From: Actinomycetota bacterium
GTDB taxonomy: Bacteria; Actinomycetota; Acidimicrobiia; IMCC26256; JACDBD01
DNA: 64,000 bases
Assembly: GCA_052390575.1 (NCBI GenBank)
Contig: JBQTGU010000061.1
Span: 48,025-112,024 of the forward strand
Direction: 5' to 3'
Shown here: in pieces, positions 47,817-58,700 of the stretch
Layout of the letters: every line of letters starts with the position of its first letter
How positions within the stretch are numbered: the first letter of the stretch is position 1
Translations under genes and position numbers: made by a program
Notes under the pieces: model-generated
The model's input: the letters and a program-made list of their open reading frames with translations, nothing else
The model's database searches: none
What the model was told of the DNA's origin: nothing

Positions 47817-49783
47817 GCCCGTTCGGTGACCTCGGCGGCGAGTCGGGCGACGAAGTCGTCGACCTTGACCCCGCGCTCGGGCTCGTCGCCGCCACGCGCG
47901 TTCACACCCACGGTGCCGGCATCGGCATCGTCGTCCCCTACGACGAGCACGTAGGGCACCTTCTCCTGCTTCGCCCGGCGCACCCGCGCGCCGAGCGAGT
48001 CGGCGGCGGCGTCGACAAGCTCGGCCCGGAAGCCCTCCGCCCGCAGACGGTCGACGATCCGAAAGCCGTAGGCGTCGTGGCGGTCGGCTACGGGCAGGAC
48101 GGCTGCCTGTACCGGTGCGAGCCAGGTCGGGAGCGCGCCGGCGTAGTGCTCGACCAGGATGGCGAAGAACCGCTCGACCGACCCGAAGAGCGCCCGGTGG
48201 ATCATGATCGGCGGGTGGCGCTCGTTGTCGGCGCCGACATATTCGAGCTCGAATCGCTGCGGCTCCTGGAAGTCGACCTGGAGCGTCGACAGCTGCCAGC
48301 GCCTGCCGATCGCGTCACGCAGGTGGACGTCGATCTTGGGCCCGTAGAACGCACCCTCGCCTTCGGCGACGTCGTACGAAAGCCCCGACCCGTCGATCGC
48401 GTCGAAGAGCGCCTGGGTCGCGAGCTCCCAGTCGGCATCAGCGCCGACCGACTTCTCCTTCGGTCGGGTCGAGATCTCGGCCTCGAACTCGGTGAACCCG
48501 AAGGCGCGCAGGACCGAGAGCACGAAGTCGAGGAGCTCGCGCAAGACATCGACGATCTGGGATCGCTCGCAGAAGATGTGGCTGTCGTCCTGCGTCATCC
48601 CCCGGACCCGCAGGAGCCCGTGGAGCACGCCCGAGCGCTCGAACCGGTAGACCGTGCCGAGCTCGTAGAACCTGATCGGGAGCTCGCGGTACGACCGCAG
48701 GTGGCTGCGGTAGATGAGGATGTGGAACGGGCAGTTCATCGGTTTCGGGTAGTACTTCGCCCCTTCCAGCTCCATGGGCGGGTACATGGCGTCGGCGTAG
48801 AAGTCGAGGTGGCCGCTCGTCTCCCAAAGCGTCGAGCGGGCGATGTGGGGGCTGAACACGAACTGGTAGCCGGCCCGCTCGTGCTCGGCGCGAGAGAAGT
48901 CCTCCATCACCTTGCGGACAATCGCGCCCTTCGGATGCCAGACCGCCAGACCGGCGCCCAGCTCCTCGGGGAACGAGAACAGATCGAGCTCGGTGCCGAG
49001 CTTGCGGTGGTCGCGCCGCTCGGCCTCTTCGAGGCGATGGAGGTGGTCGTCGAGCGCGGCCTTCGACTCCCAGGCGGTGCCGTAGATCCGCTGGAGCATC
49101 GGGCGGCGCTCGTCGCCGCGCCAGTAGGCGCCCGCGACCTTCATGAGCTTGAACGGACCGAGGCGCTTCGTCGACGGTACGTGCGGGCCCCGGCACAGGT
49201 CAACGAACGGGTCGGAACCGTCGCGGGGATTGCGGTAGACGGAGATGACCTCGCCCTCCCCCACCTCGGTCGTGTTGTCGGGCTCGACCCGTTCGATGAT
49301 CTCGACCTTGTAGGGCTGGTCGGCGAACAAGGCGAGTCCCGCGCCGCGCCCGACCTCCTCCCGCTCGAACGGCTGGTCGGCCTGGACGATCTCGCGCATG
49401 CGCTTCTCGATGCGGTCGAGGTCGTCCTCGCTGAAGTGCGTGCCGTCGGGGAGCTCGAAGTCGTAGTAGAAGCCGTCGTCGATCGCGGGCCCGATGGCGT
49501 ACTTCGCTCCCGGGAACAGGTCGGTCACCGCCTGGGCCATGACGTGGGCGGTCGAGTGCCGGAGGACCTCGCGGCCCTCGTCGCTGTCGGCGGTGATGAT
49601 TGCGACGCTGGCGTCGTGGTCGATGGGGCGGCCGAGGTCGGCCCATTCGCCGTCGACCTTGGCCGCGACCGCGGCCTTGGCCAGGCCCTTGCCGATCGAC
49701 GCCGCGATCTCACCCGGCGTCGTGCCCGACGGGTACTCGCGCTCTGATGCGTCCGGCAGCTCGATCTTGATCGGCTCGGCCAT
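47813..49783 (-). CDS. thrS: Threonine--tRNA ligase
   Basis: TGS domain; RHSTAH, DLCRGPH, RDHRKLG and KPMNCP motifs. Confidence 0.98.
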   Translation of the reverse strand: MAEPIKIELPDASEREYPSGTTPGEIAASIGKGLAKAAVAAKVDGEWADLGRPIDHDASVAIITADSDEGREVLRHSTAHVMAQAVTDLFPGAKYAIGPAIDDGFYYDFELPDGTHFSEDDLDRIEKRMREIVQADQPFEREEVGRGAGLALFADQPYKVEIIERVEPDNTTEVGEGEVISVYRNPRDGSDPFVDLCRGPHVPSTKRLGPFKLMKVAGAYWRGDERRPMLQRIYGTAWESKAALDDHLHRLEEAERRDHRKLGTELDLFSFPEELGAGLAVWHPKGAIVRKVMEDFSRAEHERAGYQFVFSPHIARSTLWETSGHLDFYADAMYPPMELEGAKYYPKPMNCPFHILIYRSHLRSYRELPIRFYELGTVYRFERSGVLHGLLRVRGMTQDDSHIFCERSQIVDVLRELLDFVLSVLRAFGFTEFEAEISTRPKEKSVGADADWELATQALFDAIDGSGLSYDVAEGEGAFYGPKIDVHLRDAIGRRWQLSTLQVDFQEPQRFELEYVGADNERHPPIMIHRALFGSVERFFAILVEHYAGALPTWLAPVQAAVLPVADRHDAYGFRIVDRLRAEGFRAELVDAAADSLGARVRRAKQEKVPYVLVVGDDDADAGTVGVNARGGDEPERGVKVDDFVARLAAEVTERA

Positions 49784-49824
49784 CTCCCGAGCGACGATAC
49801 CAGTGGGCATTTAGCCTGGCGGAT

Positions 49825-51159
49825 GTGATTGAGCGGTCGCCGGTGCAGTACGCGCAGAACGACGGCGTGCACCTCGCGTACGAAGTCGTCGGCGACGGCG
49901 ATCGGGACCTCGTCCTCGTCCAGGGCTTCGTCAGCCATCTCGACCTGGAGTGGGACAACCCGGGGATGGCTCGTCTCCTCAGCGGACTGGCGTCGTTCAC
50001 CCGCCTGATCCTGTTCGACAAACGAGGCACCGGCCTCTCCGACCGTGCAGTTGCGATCCCGACGCTCGAGGAACGGATGGACGACGTTCGCGCCGTCATG
50101 GATGCCGTGGGATCGGAACGGGCGGTGCTGATGGGCACCTCGGAGGGTGCGCCGATGTGCCTGCTCTTCGCCGCTACGCACCCGGAGCGCACCGAAGCGC
50201 TTGTGCTCTTCGGGGGGATGGCGCGCGCGACCGAAGCACCCGACTACCCCTGGGCTCCTCCGGCGGAAGCGGCCGTGGAGGCGGCCACCGACCTCCTCGT
50301 CCCGTACCTGTACACCGGCGAGGACATCGATGTCTGGGCGCCGTCGCTCGCCGATGACGCCCCTGCCAAGGCCTGGCTCGGCCGCTATCGCCGCGCGGGG
50401 GTTAGCCCCGATGGCCTCACCGCGCTCTTCACCATCTTCATGGACATCGACGTGCGTCACGTCCTGCCGACGCTGCAGGTGCCGACTCTGGTCCTGCACC
50501 GGCGAGGCGATCGTGTCATCAACCGGCGAGCTGCGCGGTGGATGGCCGACCAGATTCCCACGGCCAAATACGTCGAGTTACCGGGTCAGGACCACTTTCC
50601 CTGGGCGGGTGACACGGACATCGTCATCGAAGAGATCAGGGAGTACGTGACCGGCACACGCGTCGCGCCCGAGCCCGACCGCGTCCTCGCCACCGTCATG
50701 TTCACCGACGTCGCCCGCTCGACCGAACGGGCGGCGTCGCTCGGCGACCGCCGCTGGAAGGAACTCCTCGACGCCCACGACGCTGCCATCCGCCACCAGC
50801 TCGAGGCCTTCCGTGGTCGTGAGGTGAAGACCACCGGTGACGGCTTCCTCGCCACGTTCGACGGCCCGGCCCGCGCCATCCGGTGCGCGTCGGCCATCCG
50901 CGCGGCCGCGTCCGATCTGGGGCTGGACGTCCGGGTCGGCCTGCACACCGGCGAGGTCGAGGTGCGCGGTGACGACATCGGTGGTCTCGCCGTACATATC
51001 GGGCAGCGTGTGTCCGCACTCGCGCAGCCGGGCGCGGTCCTCGTGTCGAGCACCGTCAAGGATCTCGTGGCCGGCTCCGGCATCGAGTTCGAGGACCGGA
51101 GTGAGCACGAGCTCAAGGGAATCCCCGACTCCTGGCACCTGTTCACCGCGAAGGTCTGA
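49825..51159 (+). CDS. Alpha/beta hydrolase fused to class III adenylate cyclase (LipJ-like)
   Basis: FDKRGTGLSD and GTSEG motifs; then MFTD, K.TGDG, GLHTGE and AVHIGQR cyclase motifs. Confidence 0.9.
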   Translation: MIERSPVQYAQNDGVHLAYEVVGDGDRDLVLVQGFVSHLDLEWDNPGMARLLSGLASFTRLILFDKRGTGLSDRAVAIPTLEERMDDVRAVMDAVGSERAVLMGTSEGAPMCLLFAATHPERTEALVLFGGMARATEAPDYPWAPPAEAAVEAATDLLVPYLYTGEDIDVWAPSLADDAPAKAWLGRYRRAGVSPDGLTALFTIFMDIDVRHVLPTLQVPTLVLHRRGDRVINRRAARWMADQIPTAKYVELPGQDHFPWAGDTDIVIEEIREYVTGTRVAPEPDRVLATVMFTDVARSTERAASLGDRRWKELLDAHDAAIRHQLEAFRGREVKTTGDGFLATFDGPARAIRCASAIRAAASDLGLDVRVGLHTGEVEVRGDDIGGLAVHIGQRVSALAQPGAVLVSSTVKDLVAGSGIEFEDRSEHELKGIPDSWHLFTAKV

Positions 51160-52335
51160 GTGCCTCCGAAGCAGCTCGCGCCCAAGCTCCTGTCGTGGGC
51201 GTCGGAGATCGACGAGCAGACCGTCGCGCAGGCCCAGCGAACCGCCCGACTGTCGATCATCGAGGGCCACGTCGCGCTCATGCCCGACGCGCATCTCGGG
51301 AAGGGCTCCACGGTCGGCTCCGTCATTCCGACAAGCGGAGCCGTAATTCCGGCAGCGGTGGGCGTCGACCTCGGTTGCGGCGTCATCGAGGTGGAGACGG
51401 ACCTGAGGCAGGACGATCTCCCGGACAGCCTCGATCCGCTGCTACGCGAGATCGAGCGGCGAATCCCTGCCGGTGTCGGGCGCGGGCACGATCGTCGTTC
51501 CGAGGCGGCACAGCGCTGGCTCGCTGAGCATGATCCCCGGGATTGGCGCCAAGAGCATTTCTCCTCGCGCCAGGAGGAACGGGCGGCCGTTCAGTTCGGC
51601 ACGCTCGGCTCCGGGAATCACTGGACCGAATTGCACGTAGACGAGAGCGGGATCGTGTGGGCGGGCCTCCACTCTGGGAGCCGCGGCATCGGCAACCAAC
51701 TCGCGACACACCACATCGAGAAGGCGAAGGTGCTGGCGCGGCAAGAGCGGACGCCACTGGAGGATCCCGATCTCGCCTACTTCATCCAGGGCACAGCGGA
51801 GTTCGATGCGTACATCGCCGACATGCTGTGGGCTCAGGACTACGCGCTCGCGAACCGTGAGCAGATGATGGACGAGCTACTCAAGGCTCTGTTCCGCGAG
51901 GTAGGACGCGGCCGCGAGATCAGCCGGATCAACTGTCACCACAACTACACCGTCCAGGAGGAGCATCAAGGCCGTGATCTCTGGGTGACCCGCAAGGGCG
52001 CCATCCGAGCGGGGAAGGGCGAACTCGGGGTCCTGCCCGGGTCGATGGCCACGGGCACCTACATCGTCCGCGGCCTCGGAGAGGCCGAGAGCTTCGAGTC
52101 GTCAGCTCACGGAGCCGGACGCCGCTTCAGCCGCAACCAGGCGAAGAAGCGCTTCACTGTCGATCAGCTCGAGGCACACATGGAGGGCAAGGCCTGGAAC
52201 CGCGACCGGGCACGAGCGCTCCTCGACGAGATCCCGGACGCGTACAAGCCCGTGGAGCGTGTCATTGAGGATCAAGCCGATCTCGCTGAGGTCGTGCACA
52301 CGCTGACGCAAGTCCTCAACTACAAGGGGTCGTGA
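51160..52335 (+). CDS. rtcB: RNA-splicing/repair ligase
   Basis: MPDAH, VGVDLGCG, GSGNH, HSGSRG, HHN, RKGA and SAHGAGR motifs. Confidence 0.95.
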   Translation: MPPKQLAPKLLSWASEIDEQTVAQAQRTARLSIIEGHVALMPDAHLGKGSTVGSVIPTSGAVIPAAVGVDLGCGVIEVETDLRQDDLPDSLDPLLREIERRIPAGVGRGHDRRSEAAQRWLAEHDPRDWRQEHFSSRQEERAAVQFGTLGSGNHWTELHVDESGIVWAGLHSGSRGIGNQLATHHIEKAKVLARQERTPLEDPDLAYFIQGTAEFDAYIADMLWAQDYALANREQMMDELLKALFREVGRGREISRINCHHNYTVQEEHQGRDLWVTRKGAIRAGKGELGVLPGSMATGTYIVRGLGEAESFESSAHGAGRRFSRNQAKKRFTVDQLEAHMEGKAWNRDRARALLDEIPDAYKPVERVIEDQADLAEVVHTLTQVLNYKGS

Positions 52336-53526
52336 TCAGCCGCCGCGCTCGACGGGGCGGGTGAGGTCGAGCCCGAGTAGCTCGCCCAGGCCGCACAACT
52401 CCGTCGGTGCCGACCGATCGGATCCACCCGACAGGACCGCGCTGGCCAGATCGTCGAGAGCCTCGAGCGCGCGGGGCGCGTCGAGGTCGTTGTCGAGCGC
52501 GCTGCGGACCCGCTCGGCGAACGGACGAGGATCAGCGCCGTCGGGTCGCTCGGCCGCGGCCAGCAGCCGGCGCAGCAAGGCGTTCCCCTCGTCGAGGTCA
52601 GTGTCGTACCACTCGAACCCGGCCCGGTAGTGGTGACGCATGAGCGCGAGCCGAATCGCGCGCGGATCCGCCACCTTGAGCAAATCGCTCACGAACACGA
52701 GATTCCCGAGCGACTTCGACATCTTCTCGCCCTCGTAGCTCACCATCGCCGAGTGCATCCAGTGGCGGCTGAACGGCTGCCCGGTCACGCTCTCGCTCTG
52801 GGCGATCTCGCACTCGTGGTGGGGGAAGATCAGGTCGGTGCCACCCCCGTGGAGGTCGAGCGTGGGACCGAGCGCGTCCATCGACATCACCGAGCACTCG
52901 ACGTGCCAGCCGGGACGCCCCGCACCGAACGCCGCGGGCCAGGACGGCTCGTCCGGCGCCGACTCCTGCCAGAGCACGAAGTCGAGCGGGTCGCGCCGGT
53001 TGGGGTCGTCGGGGTTGCCACCCCGCTCGCGGGCGAGCCGCACCATGTGCTCGTGCGGGTAATGCGACAGCTCGCCAAAGCGCGGGAACGTCGCCACGTC
53101 GAAGTACACGGTCCCGTCGGCCTGGTAGGCGTGCTTCGAGTCGAGCAGCTTGCCGACCATGTCGATCATCCCGTCGATCGCCTCGGTGGCGCGCGGCTCC
53201 GAGATCGGCGGGCGCATCCCCAGCGCATCCATGTCGGCCTGGAACCGGGCGAGCTCGGCGTCGGCGAGCTCCAGGTAGTTCACCCCCAGCTCGCGCGCCT
53301 TGGGGAGGATCGAGTCGTCGACGTCGGTCACGTTGCGCACCATCCGGACGTCGTGGCCGAGCTCCTCGAGCCGCCGGATCAGCAGGTCGTAGGCGAGATA
53401 GGTGGCGGCGTGACCGAGGTGGGTGGAGTCGTAGGGGGTGATGCCACACACGTACATCGACACGGCCGGCCCTGCCTCGAAAGGGACCAGCGCCCGCTGG
53501 GCAGTGTCGTGGAGCCGGATGGTCAC
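52336..53526 (-). CDS. mshC: CysRS paralog, MshC-like cysteine ligase
   Basis: CGITPYDSTHLGHAATY, NVTDVDD, GRPGWH.EC and KMSKS motifs; 396 aa, apparently without the anticodon-binding domain. Confidence 0.7.
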   Translation of the reverse strand: MTIRLHDTAQRALVPFEAGPAVSMYVCGITPYDSTHLGHAATYLAYDLLIRRLEELGHDVRMVRNVTDVDDSILPKARELGVNYLELADAELARFQADMDALGMRPPISEPRATEAIDGMIDMVGKLLDSKHAYQADGTVYFDVATFPRFGELSHYPHEHMVRLARERGGNPDDPNRRDPLDFVLWQESAPDEPSWPAAFGAGRPGWHVECSVMSMDALGPTLDLHGGGTDLIFPHHECEIAQSESVTGQPFSRHWMHSAMVSYEGEKMSKSLGNLVFVSDLLKVADPRAIRLALMRHHYRAGFEWYDTDLDEGNALLRRLLAAAERPDGADPRPFAERVRSALDNDLDAPRALEALDDLASAVLSGGSDRSAPTELCGLGELLGLDLTRPVERGG

Positions 53527-54206
53527 GCGGGCTCCGTGCCCGGCGTGTGGCCTTCGACGCCGAGCAGCCGCAGCGTTCCCTTGCCCCGGTGACGCAGATT
53601 GATCGACAGCAGAACGGCTGCGAATGCCTCGATGCCGAGCGCGTTGACGAGGGATCCGCCGTCGAACGCCCGCAGGTTCGGGATGCCGGTGATGAGCTCG
53701 AGCACGGCGCGGCGGGCCTCGTCGTCGTCCCCGCAGGCGATGACGTCGCTTTCCATCGGGTGGTCGAGGTCACCGAACGCCGATGCGGGGACGTGCTGGA
53801 ACGCCGCGACTATCCGGGCTTCGGGCACGGCCGACTGCACCGCCATGGAGACCGAGCCTTCGTCGGGGATGACGGGATGGAACTCGCTCCCGTGCTTGGT
53901 GAGACCGTTGGCCATCGCGATGACGACCTTGCCCGCGAGCGCCTCGGCGTGGGCCCGGGCGGTGTCGACCGCGCCGTCCCACGGGACGGCCAGGACCACC
54001 AGCTCGCCCCCGGCGGCGGCGTCGGCGTTGGAGCCGCCTTTCAGCCCGTCGACGCGGGAACCCCAGCGCTCGCGCAGCTCCGCCACCGTGGCCTCGCCCC
54101 GCGCCGGGTCGCGCGAGCCGGCAATGACGTCGTGACCGACGCTCGCCAATCGCGCCGCCAGTCCCTTGCCCGCGGGGCCGGTCGCCCCCATGACTCCGAT
54201 CTTCAC
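53523..54206 (-). CDS. npdG: NADPH-dependent F420 reductase
   Basis: GATGPAGKGLA, GSR, LAVPW and AAFQHVPA motifs. Confidence 0.85.
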   Translation of the reverse strand: MKIGVMGATGPAGKGLAARLASVGHDVIAGSRDPARGEATVAELRERWGSRVDGLKGGSNADAAAGGELVVLAVPWDGAVDTARAHAEALAGKVVIAMANGLTKHGSEFHPVIPDEGSVSMAVQSAVPEARIVAAFQHVPASAFGDLDHPMESDVIACGDDDEARRAVLELITGIPNLRAFDGGSLVNALGIEAFAAVLLSINLRHRGKGTLRLLGVEGHTPGTEPA

Positions 54207-54265
54207 GCCGAGAGCTTGGCACGGCCGCCAGACGTGCTCGCCGCAACCGCCGTAGGCTGCGACAC

Positions 54266-55129
54266 GTGAAATTCGGGATCATCTTCGCCAACGCCGGGCC
54301 GCTCGGTGAGCCCGACGTCACCACCGGCCTCGCGCAGCTGGCCGAGGAGCACGGCTTCGAGTCGCTGTGGACGGTCGAGCACACTGTGGTACCCGCCGGC
54401 TATGCGTCGGAGTACCCGTACGACGACAGCGGGAAGATGCCCGGCGGCGACGAGGTGGCGATCGCCGATCCGCTCATCTGGATGAGCTGGGTCGCGGCCG
54501 TCACGACCCGCCTGCGGGTGGCAACCGGGATCCTGATCCTCCCCCAGCGCAACCCGGTCACCCTCGCCAAGGAGCTCGCCACCCTCGACGTGCTCTCGCG
54601 CGGCCGAGTCGACCTGGGAATCGGCGTCGGCTGGCTGCGGGAGGAGTTCGAGGCGCTCGGCGTCCCGTTCGAACGTCGGGGGGCGCGCACCGACGAGTAC
54701 GTCGCCGCTATGCGCGCGCTCTGGAGCGACGACCCCGCGACGTTCAAGGGCGAGTTCGTGTCGTTCGATCGCTGCCACTGCAACCCGAAGCCGGTGCAGC
54801 CCGGCGGCATCCCGATCGTGGTCGGCGGCCACAGTCAGGCGGCGGCGCGCCGGGCCGGGCGCCTCGGCGACGGCTTCTTCCCCGGACGGTTCAGGCCGGA
54901 GGAGCTCGAGCCGCTCCTCGCGCTGATGCGCGAGGCCGCGACCGGTGCGGGCCGCGACCCCGGCAAGATCGAGATCACGGCCGGCGGCGCCTTCGACGTC
55001 GACGGGGTCAAGCGCTTCGCCGACCTCGGCGTCGATCGGATGGTCATTCCGCCGCTCGGTTTCGACCTCGAGACACTGAAGAAGGCCATCGGTGACTTCG
55101 CCGATTCGGTCATCGCCAAGGCGGGCTGA
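54266..55129 (+). CDS. LLM class F420-dependent oxidoreductase
   Basis: GFESLW.VEH, LPQRNP..LAK, G.GVGW..EEF and PKPVQ motifs. Confidence 0.92.
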   Translation: MKFGIIFANAGPLGEPDVTTGLAQLAEEHGFESLWTVEHTVVPAGYASEYPYDDSGKMPGGDEVAIADPLIWMSWVAAVTTRLRVATGILILPQRNPVTLAKELATLDVLSRGRVDLGIGVGWLREEFEALGVPFERRGARTDEYVAAMRALWSDDPATFKGEFVSFDRCHCNPKPVQPGGIPIVVGGHSQAAARRAGRLGDGFFPGRFRPEELEPLLALMREAATGAGRDPGKIEITAGGAFDVDGVKRFADLGVDRMVIPPLGFDLETLKKAIGDFADSVIAKAG

Positions 55130-55130
55130 C

Positions 55131-55334
55131 ATGGCTGACGACATCGAAAGGCCGACCACACCCCTGTGGGCGAAGCTGTTCGTGATCGGCCTGCTCGCAG
55201 TGGGCGCCTGGATCGCTTTGTCGTTCGTGTTCGCGATCGTCGGACGGGCCATCGCGCTCGCCGGCTACGTGATCGTCGCGATCATCGCCTACTTCATCGG
55301 CAAAGCGGTGGGGAGCGCGTCGAGAGGCGAGTAA
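55131..55334 (+). CDS. Small two-TM membrane protein
   Basis: ATG 1 nt after the LLM stop; two hydrophobic helices. Confidence 0.65.
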   Translation: MADDIERPTTPLWAKLFVIGLLAVGAWIALSFVFAIVGRAIALAGYVIVAIIAYFIGKAVGSASRGE

Positions 55335-55375
55335 TTCGCGGCGGCACGAGCGAGCGGCCGATCATCATTGGCTTC

Positions 55376-55714
55376 ATGCCTCGACCCCTTCCTCCCGCGA
55401 GAGACGCGCCCGCGGGCGACGGCCCGGGAATGAGCCACGGCGAACTGGTCACGGCGCTTCGCGGGATCGAAGGTCTCGTCGACGTGGGGAAGGACCCGCC
55501 GAACTTCCAGTTTCGGTCTCGGCCGTTCCTGCACTTCCACGCCCATCCCGACGGGATGTACGCGCACGTGCGGTTCGGGCGGAGTGGCTTCGAACCGGTC
55601 TGGAGCGCGACACCACTGGAGCGACTGGCGCTGCTGGCACGCGTGCTCGACCACGTCGAGCGTCTCGACCGCACGCGCAAGACGCGGCGCTCGCGGCCGA
55701 GCCGGAAGCGCTAG
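55376..55714 (+). CDS. Hypothetical protein
   Basis: Globular-looking core with FLHFH; start uncertain (55376 or 55430). Confidence 0.55.
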   Translation: MPRPLPPARDAPAGDGPGMSHGELVTALRGIEGLVDVGKDPPNFQFRSRPFLHFHAHPDGMYAHVRFGRSGFEPVWSATPLERLALLARVLDHVERLDRTRKTRRSRPSRKR

Positions 55715-58700
55715 GCGATGCAGTCGGCGCCGAACAGGATCCGCAGCTCGGCGTAGAGCCCGTTGCTGGAGCCGACCAGGAAGTCGTCGGCGAGCTGGAG
55801 GACCGTCGTCTTCTCGGGGCTGTCGAGGTGCACGTACACGGGGCTCTCGCCCGGGTGCTCCCGCAGGATCTCCCTGAGCCGCTCGACCTTCTCCGCCGAC
55901 AGCGCCCCCAGCTTCACCCGCACCCGTACCGGCGGACTGCCGTCGAGGACGAGCTCGGGGCGGGTCACGTCCATGGCGATGATCTTGGGCTGCTCGTCGC
56001 GCAGGTCGAGCCGGCCCTTGACGCAGATGATGGCGTCGTCCTCGATCAGGTGACCGAAGCCGGTCATGGTCTTCGGGAACACCATGACCTCCATTGCCGC
56101 GCCGAGGTCCTCGAGCACGAACGTGGCCATGAGGTCGCCCCGTTTCGTGTACTTGCGGGACAGGGCGGTCACGACGCCGCCGACGACCCGCATCTCGCCC
56201 TCCCGACACTCCTTGAGCTCGGCCAGCGTGCACTCGGTGTACCGGCGCAGCGCCCGCTCCGCGCTCATCATCGGGTGCTCGCTCACGTACAAGCCGAGCA
56301 TCTCCTTCTCCTCGCGGAGGCGCTCGGCCTTGCCGAACTCGGTGTCGGGGATGTCGACCCGGTGGTCGAAGTCGTCGGCGCCGGCATTCGGGCCGAGGTC
56401 GAAGAAGCTCATCTCCCCCTGGTCGCGGCGGCGGCGGACCTCGAGCACCTGGTCGATGATCTGCTCGTGCACGTGCAGGAGTCCCTGGCGAGGATGACCG
56501 AGCGAGTCGAACGCGCCCGCCTTGATCAGGGACTCGACCGTGCGCTTGTTGAGCACGGTCATGTCGACCCGGTCGCAGAAGTCGTGGAAGTCGGTGAACA
56601 GGCCCCCCGCAGTTCGAGCAGCCACGACGTGGGCGACCATCCCCTCTCCGACGTTGCGCACCCCCGAGAGGCCAAAGCGGATCGAACCGTCGCGCACCGC
56701 GAAGTCACTCTCGGACTCGTTGACGTCGGGGACGAGCACCGGGATGCTCCGCTGGCGGCACTCGTTGAGGTAGACCGCGGTCTGGTCCTTATTGGCCTTG
56801 ACGCTCGTCAGCAGCGCAGCGAGGTACTCGACCGGGTGGTTGGCCTTGAGGTAGGCGGTTTGGTACGCCACGAGTCCGTAGCCGACGGAGTGGGACTTGT
56901 TGAACGCGTAGTCGGCGAACGGCTCGATGATGTCGAACATGTGCTCACCAAAGTCGCGTGAGTGACCCTGGTTCGCGCATCCCTCGACGAACTTCGAGCG
57001 CTCCTTGGCAATGAGCGAGCGGATCTTCTTGCCCATGGCCTTGCGCAGGTTGTCGGCCTCTTCGAGCGTATAGCCGGCGAGCCGCTGCGCGACCCTCATG
57101 AGGCTTTCTTGGTACACCATGAGCCCGTATGTCGGCTCGAGGATGTCGACCAGGCTGTCGTGGTAGTAGGTCACCGGCTTGCGACCGTTCTTGCGGTCGG
57201 CGTAGTCGGTGTGCATGTTCGCCGCCATCGGCCCCGGCCGGTACAGCGCGACCAGCGCGCACACGTCCTCGAAGGTGCTCGGCGCGAGCGAGCGCATCAA
57301 CGCCCGCATGGGGGCGCCCTCGAGCTGGAACACGCCAATCGAATCGCCCCGCTTGAGCATCTCGAACGTGGGCTCGTCGTCGAGCGGTACCGCGTCGATG
57401 TCGACCCGCTCGCCGGTCGACGCCTCGATGAGCTCCAGGCTCCGCTCGATCACCGACAGGTTGCGCAGCCCGAGGAAGTCCATCTTCAACAGGCCGAGGT
57501 CCTCGACGCCGTGCATTTCGTACTGGGTGACGATGGGCGCGCTCTCGAGGTCGCCCCCCGGCTCGGGCTTGCGCTGGATCGGCAGGTACTCGGTCAGCGG
57601 CTCCCGGGTGATCACCACCGCGGCGGCGTGAATGCCGTCCTGACGGCGCAGGCCCTCGAGCCCGCGGGCGACGTCGATCACCCGCTTGGCGTCGGGGTCG
57701 GTGTCGTACAGCGACCGCAGCTCGGCCGCCATCTTGTAGCCGTCCTCCTGCCCCTCCACCTTCTCCAGGCACGCCCGCAACGGGGTGTCGCGGCCCATGA
57801 TGAGCGGCGGCATGAGCTTGGCGATCTTGTCGCCGACCAACCACGGGTAGCCGAGGACGCGTGAAGCGTCCCGCACCGCCGCCCGCGCCTTGATCGTCGA
57901 GAACGTGACGATCTGGGCCACGTGGTCCCACCCGTAGCGCTGGGCGGCGTAGCGGATCATCTCGCCCCGGTGGCGCTCGTCGAAGTCCATGTCGATGTCG
58001 GGCATCTGCTTGCGGCCGGGGTTGAGGAACCGCTCGAACAGCAGGTCGTAGCGAATCGGGTCGATGTCGACGATCCGCAGGCAGTACGCGACGCACGACC
58101 CTGCCGCGCTCCCCCGGCCCGGGCCCACCCGGATCTTCCGCTCCTTGGCGTAGCGCACGAGGTCCCACACCACGAGGAAGTAGGCCGAGAAGCCCATCTC
58201 CTTGATGACACCGAGCTCGAACTCGATCCGCTCCGCGACCTCGGCGGGGATCGGCTCGCTGTAGCGGTCGCGCGCGCCGGCGAGCGTCAGCTCGCGCAGG
58301 TAGGAGTTCTCGTCGTGCCCGGCCGGCGTCGGAAACGCCGGCAGCTCGGGCTTGCCGAACTCGATCTCGACGTCGGCCCGGTCGGCGATGAGCAGGGTGT
58401 TGTCGCACGCCTCCTCGTAGTCGGCGAAGAGATGGCGCATCTCCGCCGCCGTCTTCAGATAGAACTCCTCGGCGTCGAACTTGAACCGGTTGGGGTCGTC
58501 GCGTAGCGCGCCGGTCTGCACGCACAGCAGCGCGTCGTGGGCCTCGGCGTCGGCCTTGTGGGTGTAGTGGCTGTCGTTGGTGGCGAGCAGCGGCGCATTG
58601 AGCTCACGCGCCATCCGCACGAGCTGGGGGTTGACCTGCCCTTGCTCGGGCAACCCGTGGTCCTGGAGCTCGATGAAGAACGAGTCGCGTCCGAGGACGG

